A DNA stretch of 64,000 nucleotides, taken from positions 2,208,001-2,272,000 of the forward strand of contig OZ252299.1 of the NCBI GenBank assembly GCA_965250285.1. The letters run 5' to 3'. A program made the position numbers and the translations under genes. Source of the DNA: Myxococcota bacterium (lineage in GTDB: Bacteria; Myxococcota_A; UBA9160; UBA4427). The notes beneath the pieces were generated by a model, which saw only the letters and a list, made by a program, of their open reading frames with translations, was not told where the DNA came from and searched no databases. This document shows positions 1-8,842 of this stretch, in pieces. Within the stretch, counting starts at the first letter, position 1, and each line of letters begins with the position of its first letter.

Positions 1-723
1 GGCGACGACGTGCGCCTCTTCGAGATCGGCAAGGGGTACGTGCCCGAGGACGGCAACGACCGCGGCGAGCCGCGCGAGCGCCACCTGCTCGGCCTCGTCT
101 GGGCGACGCCCCGACCCGGCCAGCATGCATCGTTCGACGAGAACCGCTTCGCCCAGCTCTACGGTGTCGTGAGCGAGCTGATCGCCCATCTCGGGTACGA
201 GGCGCCGAGCTGGACCGTGGCCGAGCAGGCGCCGGCCTGGGCGCACCCCGGCAAGCGCCTCGAGGCGCGATTCGACGGCGTCGACGAGGCCCTCGCGCTG
301 GTCGCCGACCTCGATCCCGGAGCCGCGGCGGCGCTCGGCCTCTCGGGTGAGCTCGCGAGTGACGTCGCGGTGGCCGAGATCTCCCTCGACGCGCTGCTCG
401 CGGGGCCAAAACGGAGCGCGCGCTACACGCCCCTGCCCAAGTTCCCGGGCATCAAGGTCGATGTCGCCGTCGCGCTCGACGAGGCGACACCTTCACAGGC
501 GGTGGTCGACGCGATCGAGGCTTCGGGCAAGGGCATCGTCGCCTCCGTCGAGCTCTTCGACCTCTACCGTGGAGATGCGCTCGGCGAAGGTCGCAAGAGC
601 CTGGCCTACCATGTGATACTGCAGTCGGGGAGCAAGACGCTCAGCGAGAAGGACGAGCAGAAGTTCCTCAAGCGATTCGACCAGGCGGTGCAGAAGCTCG
701 GCGGCGAGCTGCGCAGCGGCTGA
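1..723 (+). CDS. pheT: Phenylalanine--tRNA ligase beta subunit, C-terminal part (truncated by window start)
   Basis: RLFEIG motif and C-terminal FDX-ACB domain (FPGIKVDVAV...VELFDLYRGDALGEGRKSLAYHVILQSGSKTLSE...LGGELR). Confidence 0.93.
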   Translation, partial: GDDVRLFEIGKGYVPEDGNDRGEPRERHLLGLVWATPRPGQHASFDENRFAQLYGVVSELIAHLGYEAPSWTVAEQAPAWAHPGKRLEARFDGVDEALALVADLDPGAAAALGLSGELASDVAVAEISLDALLAGPKRSARYTPLPKFPGIKVDVAVALDEATPSQAVVDAIEASGKGIVASVELFDLYRGDALGEGRKSLAYHVILQSGSKTLSEKDEQKFLKRFDQAVQKLGGELRSG

Positions 724-765
724 GCGCCCTCCATGCCCATTTGCGTGGAGGTATGAGACCTGGCA

Positions 766-2895
766 ATGCGGCTGCGCTGGCTCCTCGCGAACACGCTCAC
801 GTGCATCACCCTGGCGCCCCTGGGCGCGGCGGCCCACGAGCCTTCCGATGAGATCGAGACGGTCGAGGTGCGCGCCCCGCGCGTGCAGACGGCCACCTCG
901 AGCTTCACGATTCCGGCGACCGACTTCGAGCTGCGCGCACTCGAGAGCGGCGGCCAGATGCTCGAGGCGATCCCGAACGTGCTGACTGCCCAGCACACGG
1001 GCGGCGGCAAGGCCGAGCAGATCTTCGTGCGCGGCTTCGACGCCGATCACGGGACCGACATCGCCGTCTACTTCGACGACGTGCCGATCAACCTCCGAAG
1101 CCACGCCCACGGGCAGGGCTACCTCGACCTCCACTTCGTCACGAAGGAGACCATCGCGCGCCTCGAGGGCGGCAAGGGCCCCTATCAGGCGCGGTACGGC
1201 GACTTCGCGACGGCGGCCTACGTCGACTACGTTCCCTTCGACACGCTCGACTCGTCGTTCGTCCTGTTCGAGGGCGGATCATTCGAGACGCTCCGAGCGG
1301 TCGGGGGACTCTCGAGCGGCGGGGGCGTGCTCGAGCGCGACGGCCCGGCCCAGGGCTTCATCACGTTCGAGGCGTATCACACCGATGGGCCGTTCCTGAA
1401 CGACGAAGACCTGTGGCGCTACTCGGCCTTCGCGCGCGGTCACGTCGACGTGAACCGCGACCTGACGCTCTCGGGTCATCTGCTCGGCTACTACGGCGAG
1501 TGGAACGCATCCGGGCTGATTCCGCAGCGCTTGATCGACGACGGCACCGTCGACCGCTTCGGCTCCCTCGACCCGACCGAAGGCGGACGCACCTGGCGCG
1601 TACAGGCGAAGGCCCAGGCCGACTGGACGCCCAATGAATCGACCCACATGCGCGGCAACGCCTACATCGCCTGGTACGACCTCGAGCTCTACTCGAACTT
1701 CACGTACAACCTCGAAACGGTGCCCCCGCTGAGTGACGGCATCGTGCAGCGCGACGACGACCGCATTCAAGTGGGCGGGCGATTCGAGGTCGATCACGCC
1801 CCCGACCGGACCTGGCGGCCGAAGTTCGGAGCCGGGCTCGAGTGGCGGCTCGACCACGTCGACGTCGTCCTCGCGACCCAGACGCGTCGAACCGACACCG
1901 GCTGCCAACGCTCGGGCGTGGCCGACCCGAACGCGGCGTGCAGCGACGAGACGATCCGACAGAGCTCGGCCGAACCCTACATCGACGCCGGCATCGAGCC
2001 GCTGCCCTGGCTGAACCTCGATGCCGGCCTGCGCATGGCCTGGCATCGATTCAACGAGGTCGGGGATGGCGCCACCCAGGGCCGCGGCACGCAGGACGAG
2101 GTGGTCTGGCTCCCGAAGGCCAACCTGGTCCTCACGCCGTTTGCCGAGGACGGCGCCTGGCCGAGCTCGATCGACGCGCTCGAGTCGGTGGAGGTCTTCG
2201 GCAACTTCGGCATCGGTTACCACTCGAACGACGCGCGCACCGCGCTCGACGACCCCGGCGCCGACCTGCTGCCGCTCGCGACCGGAGCCGAAGGCGGTGT
2301 ACGCGTTCGACTCACCGACCGGATCGAAGTGGGCCTCGACTACTGGTGGCTGAAGCTCGACCAGGAGCTCGCGTTCGTCGGCGACGAAGGCACCACCGAA
2401 GCCTCGGGCGAAACGCGACGTCGAGGCATCGAAGCCGTCGCGAACATCTGGATCGTCGACTGGCTGTACCTGCGCGGTGACGTCGGCTACACGCGCGCAC
2501 GCTTCGCCGACGGCGACGCCCCGGTGGCGCAGGCGCCGCGACTTATCGCGCGGGCGGCGACGGGCGTGCGCTGGGAGGGGCTCTCGGCCGAGCTCGGCCT
2601 GCGCCATCTCGGCGAGCGCTACGGCACCGAGGACATCGAGGGTCCGCGCCTGTCGGGCTACACGGTGCTCGACCTGGCCGCGCGCTACCGCTGGCGGTTC
2701 CTCGACATCGGGGTGGCGATCGAGAACCTCACGAACACCGACTGGAGCAGCTCGGAGTTCTACTACGCGTCGTGTACGAGTGCCGACCAGAGTGCGGGCC
2801 GCTGCACCATGGGCAGCGGCGTCGGCGTCGACGATCGCAACCTCTCGCCCGGCAACCCGATCGGCGCGCGCGCGTGGGTGACCGCGCGGTTCTGA
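766..2895 (+). CDS. TonB-dependent outer-membrane receptor (His-rich plug, possible Ni/Co/metal uptake type)
   Basis: Signal peptide; TonB-box-like ETVEVRA; plug motif QHTGGGKAEQIFVRGFDADHGTD...PINLRSHAHGQGYLDL; C-terminal ENLTN and terminal F. Confidence 0.9.
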   Translation: MRLRWLLANTLTCITLAPLGAAAHEPSDEIETVEVRAPRVQTATSSFTIPATDFELRALESGGQMLEAIPNVLTAQHTGGGKAEQIFVRGFDADHGTDIAVYFDDVPINLRSHAHGQGYLDLHFVTKETIARLEGGKGPYQARYGDFATAAYVDYVPFDTLDSSFVLFEGGSFETLRAVGGLSSGGGVLERDGPAQGFITFEAYHTDGPFLNDEDLWRYSAFARGHVDVNRDLTLSGHLLGYYGEWNASGLIPQRLIDDGTVDRFGSLDPTEGGRTWRVQAKAQADWTPNESTHMRGNAYIAWYDLELYSNFTYNLETVPPLSDGIVQRDDDRIQVGGRFEVDHAPDRTWRPKFGAGLEWRLDHVDVVLATQTRRTDTGCQRSGVADPNAACSDETIRQSSAEPYIDAGIEPLPWLNLDAGLRMAWHRFNEVGDGATQGRGTQDEVVWLPKANLVLTPFAEDGAWPSSIDALESVEVFGNFGIGYHSNDARTALDDPGADLLPLATGAEGGVRVRLTDRIEVGLDYWWLKLDQELAFVGDEGTTEASGETRRRGIEAVANIWIVDWLYLRGDVGYTRARFADGDAPVAQAPRLIARAATGVRWEGLSAELGLRHLGERYGTEDIEGPRLSGYTVLDLAARYRWRFLDIGVAIENLTNTDWSSSEFYYASCTSADQSAGRCTMGSGVGVDDRNLSPGNPIGARAWVTARF

Positions 2896-2916
2896 GCGCC
2901 TCCACCCGACCGGACG

Positions 2917-3450
2917 CTAGGCGGCGGCGATGCTCCGCACCCGCTGGTGCTTGTTCTTGACGGCGAAGTCGGCCACGTGTGAAGCGCACCAGGCGTTGGG
3001 CTTGACCAGCACCGGGAACCCGCTGCCCGCGACCATGCCAGCGAGCTGCTTCACGTAGTCGCTCGAGTCGTAGCGGGTGTCGGGGTTGGCGTCGACGTGC
3101 ACCCAGATCTGCTCGTTCTCGGCTGGCAGACCGAGGCGATCGTTCATCTCGATCGCGAGCTCGAGGCTGTACCAGGTCTCATACGAAAGCTTCTCGTAGA
3201 GCGAGATCTCCTTGCGCTCGTGTCGCCGGGTGTAGAACACGCGACCGCCCTTGCCCGGGTTCAGCACACACGCGACGGTGACGAACTCCATCCGGTGCGC
3301 CGACTTCTGGGCATCGGTGCCGATGTGCACGATGTGCCCGAGGTCGAGCAGCCGCCCGACCGAATCCATCAGGTCGAGGGTCTCGGCGCCGGAGAGGGTC
3401 CACCAGCGTGCGTCTGCAATGTTGCCTGCCTTCATCCCCGGTCTGGCCAT
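2917..3450 (-). CDS. Ribonuclease H-like YkuK/DUF458 family protein
   Basis: Motifs HIGTDAQ, PGKGGRVFY, ETWYSLELA, VHVDAN, VKPNAWCASHVAD; ATG at 3450 preceded by a GGAGG RBS, so the longer 3603 start is unlikely. Confidence 0.8.
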   Translation of the reverse strand: MARPGMKAGNIADARWWTLSGAETLDLMDSVGRLLDLGHIVHIGTDAQKSAHRMEFVTVACVLNPGKGGRVFYTRRHERKEISLYEKLSYETWYSLELAIEMNDRLGLPAENEQIWVHVDANPDTRYDSSDYVKQLAGMVAGSGFPVLVKPNAWCASHVADFAVKNKHQRVRSIAAA

Positions 3451-3488
3451 TGGTCCTCCCCTTCGGCTCGCCACCGAGCCGGGCCCCA

Positions 3489-3525
3489 GAAACAACGAAC
3501 CCCCGTACCGGCTTGGGCACGGGGG
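3489..3525 (-). terminator. Intrinsic terminator/attenuator-like hairpin in the leader of the YkuK-like gene
   Basis: Minus strand CCCCCGTGCC-CAAGCC-GGTACGGGGG followed by TTCGTTGTTTCT, about 40 nt before the start codon. Confidence 0.6.
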
Positions 3526-3823
3526 CGCGTGAAGATTCGATCGGTGGTGATGTCGCAGACCCGCCTCGATCTCGAAGGCGACTGCGCTGGCTGGGTCGGA
3601 CACGGCCAGCTCGAGTGTCTCGCGCTCGCTCGGGCCTCCGGCGCGCGCAGCGGCGCGTCCGTCGCCGCGCGCCCTCTTCTTGGGTGCCGCGGCGTGGGTC
3701 GCGCAAGCATCATCGCCGGCTCTTGGCCGTGCATGGCTCGATGCGCCCTCCGCCGAGCGACGCGGCCGACTGCCGGATCCGACTCGATCGAGTCGGTGGG
3801 GAGCCGGGCGTCGTTCGGGCCTG

Positions 3824-3853
3824 AGGGTAAAGGCCCCGGGCGAACGACGTCAA
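3824..3853 (-). promoter_or_regulatory. Putative sigma70-like promoter (TTGACG-N18-TACCCT) framed by an inverted repeat
   Basis: -35 at 3853-3848 and -10 at 3829-3824; arms CGTCGTTCG (3809-3817) and CGAACGACG (3841-3849). Confidence 0.4.
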
Positions 3854-3900
3854 GACCGGCTTTCGGGGCACGCGCGGGCGCCCGCATCGGCAGCCTGGAC

Positions 3901-3934
3901 GAAAAGAGGCCCCCGTCCTCACGGATCGGGGGCC
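3901..3934 (-). terminator. Rho-independent terminator of the MaoC-like gene
   Basis: Minus strand GGCCCCCG-atccgtgagga-CGGGGGCC followed by TCTTTTC, about 40 nt after the stop at 3976. Confidence 0.7.
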
Positions 3935-3975
3935 CCGGGGTCTCGACGTGCGGTCGCGGTCCGGCCGCGCCCGTC

Positions 3976-4812
3976 TCAGGCGAAGGTCATCTCGCCAGCG
4001 TCGATCACGACGACGCCGTCCTGGTTCTTCGTCTGATAAGCGCAGGCATTGCCGTCGACCCACATGCTGACCGTAAGCTCGTCGCCGGGCATGACCGGCT
4101 TGCTGAAGCGGCCGTACATCGACTTGAACCGGCTCGGGTCGCCGCCGCACAAGGTGTGCAGCAGGGCCCGACCCGTGAAGCCGTAGGTGCACAGGCCATG
4201 GAGGATCGGCTTGTCGAAACCGCCCATCTGCGCGAACGAAGGATCGGAGTGCAGCGGGTTGCGATCGCCCGACAGGCGATAGGTGAGCGCCTGGTCTTCG
4301 CGCGTCGCGTACGTCACCTGGTGGTCGGCCGCTCGGTCGGGCGGAGCGAACTTGCCCGACGGGCCGCGCTCACCCCCGAAGCCGCCCTCGCCTCGCAGGA
4401 AGACCGACATCATCACCTTCATGAGGGGCTTGCCGGTGGCGACGAGCGTCGACTCGCTCTCGAGCTCGACGACCGCACCACTGCCCTTGTCCCACATCGC
4501 GGCGATGCGCCCGACGCTCTCGATCTCGCCCTCGGGCGGAATCTCGTCCAAGAGCTCGATGCGCTCCTCACCGTGCACGAGCAGCGCGGGGTTGAAGCTG
4601 CCGATCTTGTTCATCGGCACGCCGCCGCCGCCGAGAATCACGGCCATGGTCGGCAGCACGCGCTGCGGCGTGTCCTTGGTGTTCTCGGTCGTGAAGGCGA
4701 GCTCGCTCGTACCGGCGCCGACGCCCACGGCGTAGAGCAGCGCGTCCTTCGAGGTCCAGGATCGCTTGACGGGTTCGCCGGTCGCGCCGACGGCGCTGGG
4801 ATCGACGGGCAT
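3976..4812 (-). CDS. MaoC/MFE-2-type double hot-dog (R)-enoyl-CoA hydratase/dehydratase
   Basis: Hydratase-2 motif YRLSGDRNPLHSDP...PILHGLCTYG; ATG at 4812 (MPVDPSAVG) with RBS-like AGAGAGGA. Confidence 0.92.
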   Translation of the reverse strand: MPVDPSAVGATGEPVKRSWTSKDALLYAVGVGAGTSELAFTTENTKDTPQRVLPTMAVILGGGGVPMNKIGSFNPALLVHGEERIELLDEIPPEGEIESVGRIAAMWDKGSGAVVELESESTLVATGKPLMKVMMSVFLRGEGGFGGERGPSGKFAPPDRAADHQVTYATREDQALTYRLSGDRNPLHSDPSFAQMGGFDKPILHGLCTYGFTGRALLHTLCGGDPSRFKSMYGRFSKPVMPGDELTVSMWVDGNACAYQTKNQDGVVVIDAGEMTFA

Positions 4813-4984
4813 GGGGAGTCCTCTCTGTGTTTGCTCGGGTGCTTCGAGTCGAAGTTGGCTTCCGGCCGCGTTGCCCACGCCGGTCTCCGTCGCGCGCTGC
4901 GCGACCGGAGCCGCGACAGAGTGGCAGATTCGCGCGGACGAGGCGAGCGCAGAGACAATTGCAGCGGAGCGGATCCGAGGCCCC

Positions 4985-5020
4985 TTGCGCAGATCGGAAA
5001 TCTCGGCATATGATCGGAAA
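4985..5020 (+). promoter_or_regulatory. Putative sigma70 promoter (TTGCGC-N18-TATGAT) overlapped by direct repeat GATCGGAAA x2
   Basis: -35 at 4985-4990, -10 at 5009-5014; repeats at 4992-5000 and 5012-5020. Confidence 0.5.
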
Positions 5021-5061
5021 CCAGCTCGGATCCCTCGACCGAGCGACACCGGGAGCCCGCG

Positions 5062-6084
5062 ATGTCCACCGACTTCCAGCGCGGTCTGATCCTCACCGCG
5101 TCGACCGCGCGCGAGAAGGTCGACCTCGGCGTGCGCGCCGAAGCCGCGGGCTTCGACAGCGTCTTCAACGTCGAGTTCTTCAATCAGCACGCGTTCCCTG
5201 TGCTCGGCGCCCTCGCCCAGGCGACCTCGCGCGTGCGCCTCGGCACCGGGATCGCGAGCGCATTCGTGCGCTCCCCGCTGCTCCACGCCACGGCTGCGAT
5301 GGACATCCACGAGCTGTCGGATGGCCGCATGGTGCTGGGTCTCGGCAGCGGTACGTCGCGTATGAACGAAGAGTGGTTCGGCGTGCCGTTCTCGAGACCC
5401 GCCGCGCGCATGCAGGAGGTCGTGCGGCTGCTGCGCGCCGCCTTCGATGCGGCGTCGGGCCTCGGCTTTCGATTCGAGGGCGAATTCTTCGACCTGAAGA
5501 TCCCGGTCTATACCCGGCCGGCGCTGCCCGAGGCACCGATCGACCTTTGGGTAGCCGGTGTGAACGAGCGCATGGTCGGCGCGGCCGGCTCGGTGGCCGA
5601 TGCGCTCGTCGGGCACCCGATCGCCCCGCGCGACTGGCACCGCGACAAGACCCTTCCGGGGCTGCGCGCCGCCGAGGAGGCGGCCGGCCGCAACGCAGGG
5701 GCCTGCCGGCTGGTGCCCTACGTGCTCACCTCGATCAACGAGGATCGGGCCCAGGCGATCCACGACGCCAAGTGTCAGATCGGCTTCTACTACACGGTGT
5801 CGGTCTACCGCACGATCCTCGAACACGAGGGTCTGGCGCACGTTGCCGACGCGTGCCGCGCCGCCCTCCCCAGCTTCGACGTGAAGGCCATGGCCGAGGC
5901 GATTCCGGACGACCTCGTCGAGCGCATTGCGATTGCCTGCCCCCCCGATGAGGCCGTCGATCGACTGGCGCAGTGGAGCGACCTGACCGACGAAGTGTTG
6001 CTCTACGCACCCCAGGTCGGCGTCGCACCGGGCCGCGTGCGCGACAACCTCGACGCGATGCTCGATCTCTTCGGCCGAGCCTGA
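5062..6084 (+). CDS. LLM-class flavin/F420-dependent oxidoreductase
   Basis: AEAAGFDSV, TSRVRLGTGIA...RSP, LSDGRMVLGLGSG motifs. Confidence 0.88.
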   Translation: MSTDFQRGLILTASTAREKVDLGVRAEAAGFDSVFNVEFFNQHAFPVLGALAQATSRVRLGTGIASAFVRSPLLHATAAMDIHELSDGRMVLGLGSGTSRMNEEWFGVPFSRPAARMQEVVRLLRAAFDAASGLGFRFEGEFFDLKIPVYTRPALPEAPIDLWVAGVNERMVGAAGSVADALVGHPIAPRDWHRDKTLPGLRAAEEAAGRNAGACRLVPYVLTSINEDRAQAIHDAKCQIGFYYTVSVYRTILEHEGLAHVADACRAALPSFDVKAMAEAIPDDLVERIAIACPPDEAVDRLAQWSDLTDEVLLYAPQVGVAPGRVRDNLDAMLDLFGRA

Positions 6085-6114
6085 GGCGCGCACGCCCAAC
6101 CCGGAGCCCCGATC

Positions 6115-7209
6115 ATGCCTCCCAAGACCAGCCTCGCGATGGTGCACACGGCGCCGCGTCAGCTCGAAGCCCGCAGCCTGCCCGTGCCCCCGATCAGCGA
6201 CGACACCGCGCTGCTGCGCATCGAGGCCTGCGGCATCTGCGGGAGTGACTACGAGCAGTACGAGGGCATGCTGCGCACGCCCATGCCCGCCGTGCCCGGC
6301 CACGAGCCCCTCGGCATCATCGAGGCGATCGGCGACGGCGCCGCGCGACGCTGGGGCGTCGACGTCGGGGATCGCGTCGCCGTCGAGACCATGGTCGCGT
6401 GCCACGCCTGCTCGACCTGCCTCGGCGGGGCGTACCACCTGTGCGGGCGCAAGAAGATCTACTCGTACGTCCCGCTCAACGTCGAGCCGGGCCTCTGGGG
6501 CGCGTACGCCGAGTACATGGTGCTCGACGGGGGCAGCGTCGTACACAAGATCGACCCCACGTTGCCGGTCGAGCACGCGGTAATGTTCAACCCGCTGGGC
6601 GCCGGCTTTCGCTGGGGCGTCGAGATGCCCGGCACGAGTCCGGGCGATACGGTCGCGATCCTCGGGCCCGGCCAGCGTGGGCTCTCGTGCGTCGTCGCAT
6701 GCAAGCACGCGGGCGCCGAGCAGGTGTTCGTCACCGGGCTGTCCGCAGATGCCCGCAAGCTCGAACTCGCGCGCCGGTTCGGTGCAGATGCCACGATCGA
6801 CGTCGACCACGAAGACCCGGTGCAGCGCATCCGCGAGCTCACCGACGGCCGGGGCGTCGACATCGTCGTGGACGTCTCGTCGTATGCCACGGCGCCGGTC
6901 GTCCAGGCCATCGACATGGTCCGGCCCGGCGGGACGGTGGTGCTCGCCGGGGTAAAGGGCTTCAAGCCGATCCCCGATCTCGTCTCGGACAAGATCGTCG
7001 TCAAAGAGGTGCAGATTCGCGGCGCGATCGGCGTGACGTCGTCGGGCTATCGGTCGGCGATCCGCATGCTCGAGGCGCGCTCGACGCCGCTCGTCGAGAT
7101 GCACACGCACAAGTTCGACCTGAGCGAGGCCGAGCTGGCCATTCGGACCCTCGCGCGCGAGATCGAGGGCGACGAGTCGATCCACTCGTGCCTGATCCCG
7201 GGCGCCTGA
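6115..7209 (+). CDS. Zinc-dependent alcohol dehydrogenase (MDR family)
   Basis: CGICGSD, PGHE, CxxCxxC(x7)C structural Zn site, GPGQRG. Confidence 0.92.
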   Translation: MPPKTSLAMVHTAPRQLEARSLPVPPISDDTALLRIEACGICGSDYEQYEGMLRTPMPAVPGHEPLGIIEAIGDGAARRWGVDVGDRVAVETMVACHACSTCLGGAYHLCGRKKIYSYVPLNVEPGLWGAYAEYMVLDGGSVVHKIDPTLPVEHAVMFNPLGAGFRWGVEMPGTSPGDTVAILGPGQRGLSCVVACKHAGAEQVFVTGLSADARKLELARRFGADATIDVDHEDPVQRIRELTDGRGVDIVVDVSSYATAPVVQAIDMVRPGGTVVLAGVKGFKPIPDLVSDKIVVKEVQIRGAIGVTSSGYRSAIRMLEARSTPLVEMHTHKFDLSEAELAIRTLAREIEGDESIHSCLIPGA

Positions 7210-7242
7210 ACGCACGCCCCACCCTGTTTCGAATCCATTCGG

Positions 7243-8103
7243 ATGAGGAGAACCGCCTTGGACACCATCCAGACCTGGGTAGAGAACTCGGGCTACGGCC
7301 GCTCGCTCGGCGTGCTCGTCGAAGACGCGAGCCCGGAGCGCTGGCGCTTCAAGCTGCCCTACGACGACCGCAACTCGAACCCCGGCCAGGCACTGCACGG
7401 CGGATGCGCCGCGTCGCTCGGCCTGATCGGCGCGCAGGCGGTTGCGCGCGCGAACCTGACCGAGGCGGCCGGGGGCTATCACACCGCCGGGCTTCAGGTC
7501 AGCTATCTCGCCGCGGCGATCGGCGAAGACGTGTTCGCCACGGCCACTTTGCTGCGCCGCGGCAAGGCCGTCTGCTTCGTCGAGGTCGACGTCGAGACCG
7601 CCGAAGGCAAATCGATCGCCCACACGACCTCGATGGTGCGCGGCCGCTTCGACACCGACGTGCCGGCGCTGCCCGAGACCAGCGGCGACGCCGCTGAGAG
7701 CGACCCGGGCCCGATGGGTCCGCACGTCGGCAAGATGCCATTCATGGGCGGGCGCGGAATTCGCGTCGAGCACATGCAGGGCGGGTGCGCGCGCATCGTG
7801 ATGCCGAGCAAGCCCGAGAACCTCGACGGCGACGGCGGCGTCCACGAAGGCGCCGTCCTCGCGCTGCTCGACACGACGGGCGCGATGGCCGCGTGGGCAG
7901 TCGACGGCCCCGGTCCCTACAAGGCGTCGACCCCGACGCTGCAGGCACAGATTCTGACACCGCCGCCCGATGCCGATCTCATCGCCTACGGCACGACCCG
8001 GTTTCGCGACGTCGACGCCTACTGGGCCGACGTCGACGTGGCCGATGCGCGCGACGGCCGCGTGGTCGCGCGCGGCACCGTGCAGTACCGGATCGTGCAG
8101 TGA
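7243..8103 (+). CDS. Tandem PaaI-type hot-dog thioesterase
   Basis: Two PaaI halves: NPGQALHGG and DGGVHEGAVLALLD. Confidence 0.85.
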   Translation: MRRTALDTIQTWVENSGYGRSLGVLVEDASPERWRFKLPYDDRNSNPGQALHGGCAASLGLIGAQAVARANLTEAAGGYHTAGLQVSYLAAAIGEDVFATATLLRRGKAVCFVEVDVETAEGKSIAHTTSMVRGRFDTDVPALPETSGDAAESDPGPMGPHVGKMPFMGGRGIRVEHMQGGCARIVMPSKPENLDGDGGVHEGAVLALLDTTGAMAAWAVDGPGPYKASTPTLQAQILTPPPDADLIAYGTTRFRDVDAYWADVDVADARDGRVVARGTVQYRIVQ

Positions 8104-8164
8104 GCGCGGGCCCGTCTCGACGCGAGTCGGCGTCCGCATGGGTGCGGGCCTCTGATCCGCTTGC

Positions 8165-8794
8165 GTGGCATCGATGAGCGTCGCTGCGGTCGACGTCGAG
8201 GACGAGATCGCGCAGGTCGCCCGGCGCATCCGGCGTCGGCGCGAGCAGGAGCGCCTCACCCTCGGCGAGCTCGCCGAGCGCAGCGGCGTGGCGCCAAGCA
8301 CGATCCAGAAGGTCGAGACCGGGCAGATGACGCCCAGCGTCGCGGTGCTGCTCAAGATCGCCCGCGGGCTCGGGCGCTCGGTGTCGGACTTCATCCGCGA
8401 CGACGAGCCGGCACGCGCGCTGGTCCACCTGCGCAGCGAGGACCGGCCGCGGATCGGACCGCGCGACGGCACCGCATTCGAACGCGTGAGCGGCGACGTC
8501 CCCGACCCGAAGCTCGAGATGTGGCGCGTCCACGTCGAGCCCGGCTCGGTGGGGCCGAAGCGACCGATTCAGTATCAGGGCGAGGCCCTGATCGTGTGCG
8601 AGCGGGGGCGCCCCACGCTCCTCGTCGGCGAGCACGAAGTCGTGCTCGGCACGGGCGACTCGCTCCACTTCGACGCGGAGGCCGGCATGACCTGGCGAAA
8701 CGACGGGACGCGTCCCGCCATTTTCACCGTCACCGGCACGCTGCCCGAAAAGCTGCGCGCGTCGCTCCAGGCCCGGGGCCGCCGACGGGGCTGA
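8165..8794 (+). CDS. XRE-family HTH + cupin transcriptional regulator (PuuR/SutR-like)
   Basis: LTLGELAERSGVAPSTIQKVETGQMTPSV HTH; C-terminal cupin LGTGDSLHFDA. Confidence 0.9.
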   Translation: MASMSVAAVDVEDEIAQVARRIRRRREQERLTLGELAERSGVAPSTIQKVETGQMTPSVAVLLKIARGLGRSVSDFIRDDEPARALVHLRSEDRPRIGPRDGTAFERVSGDVPDPKLEMWRVHVEPGSVGPKRPIQYQGEALIVCERGRPTLLVGEHEVVLGTGDSLHFDAEAGMTWRNDGTRPAIFTVTGTLPEKLRASLQARGRRRG

Positions 8795-8842
8795 GCGCGT
8801 CAATCGGGGCCGGGGCGGGCCGTCGGCGGGGCTGAGCCCCTT

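Noticed and set aside
724..765. Cobalamin or Ni-Co riboswitch before the TonB receptor
   Set aside because: The 42-nt gap is too short and has no recognisable motif
4813..8472. N-terminal ~1200 aa of the 1498-aa minus-strand ORF
   Set aside because: Antisense shadow of four clear plus-strand genes in high-GC DNA; only 3976-4812 (MaoC-like) has motifs and an RBS
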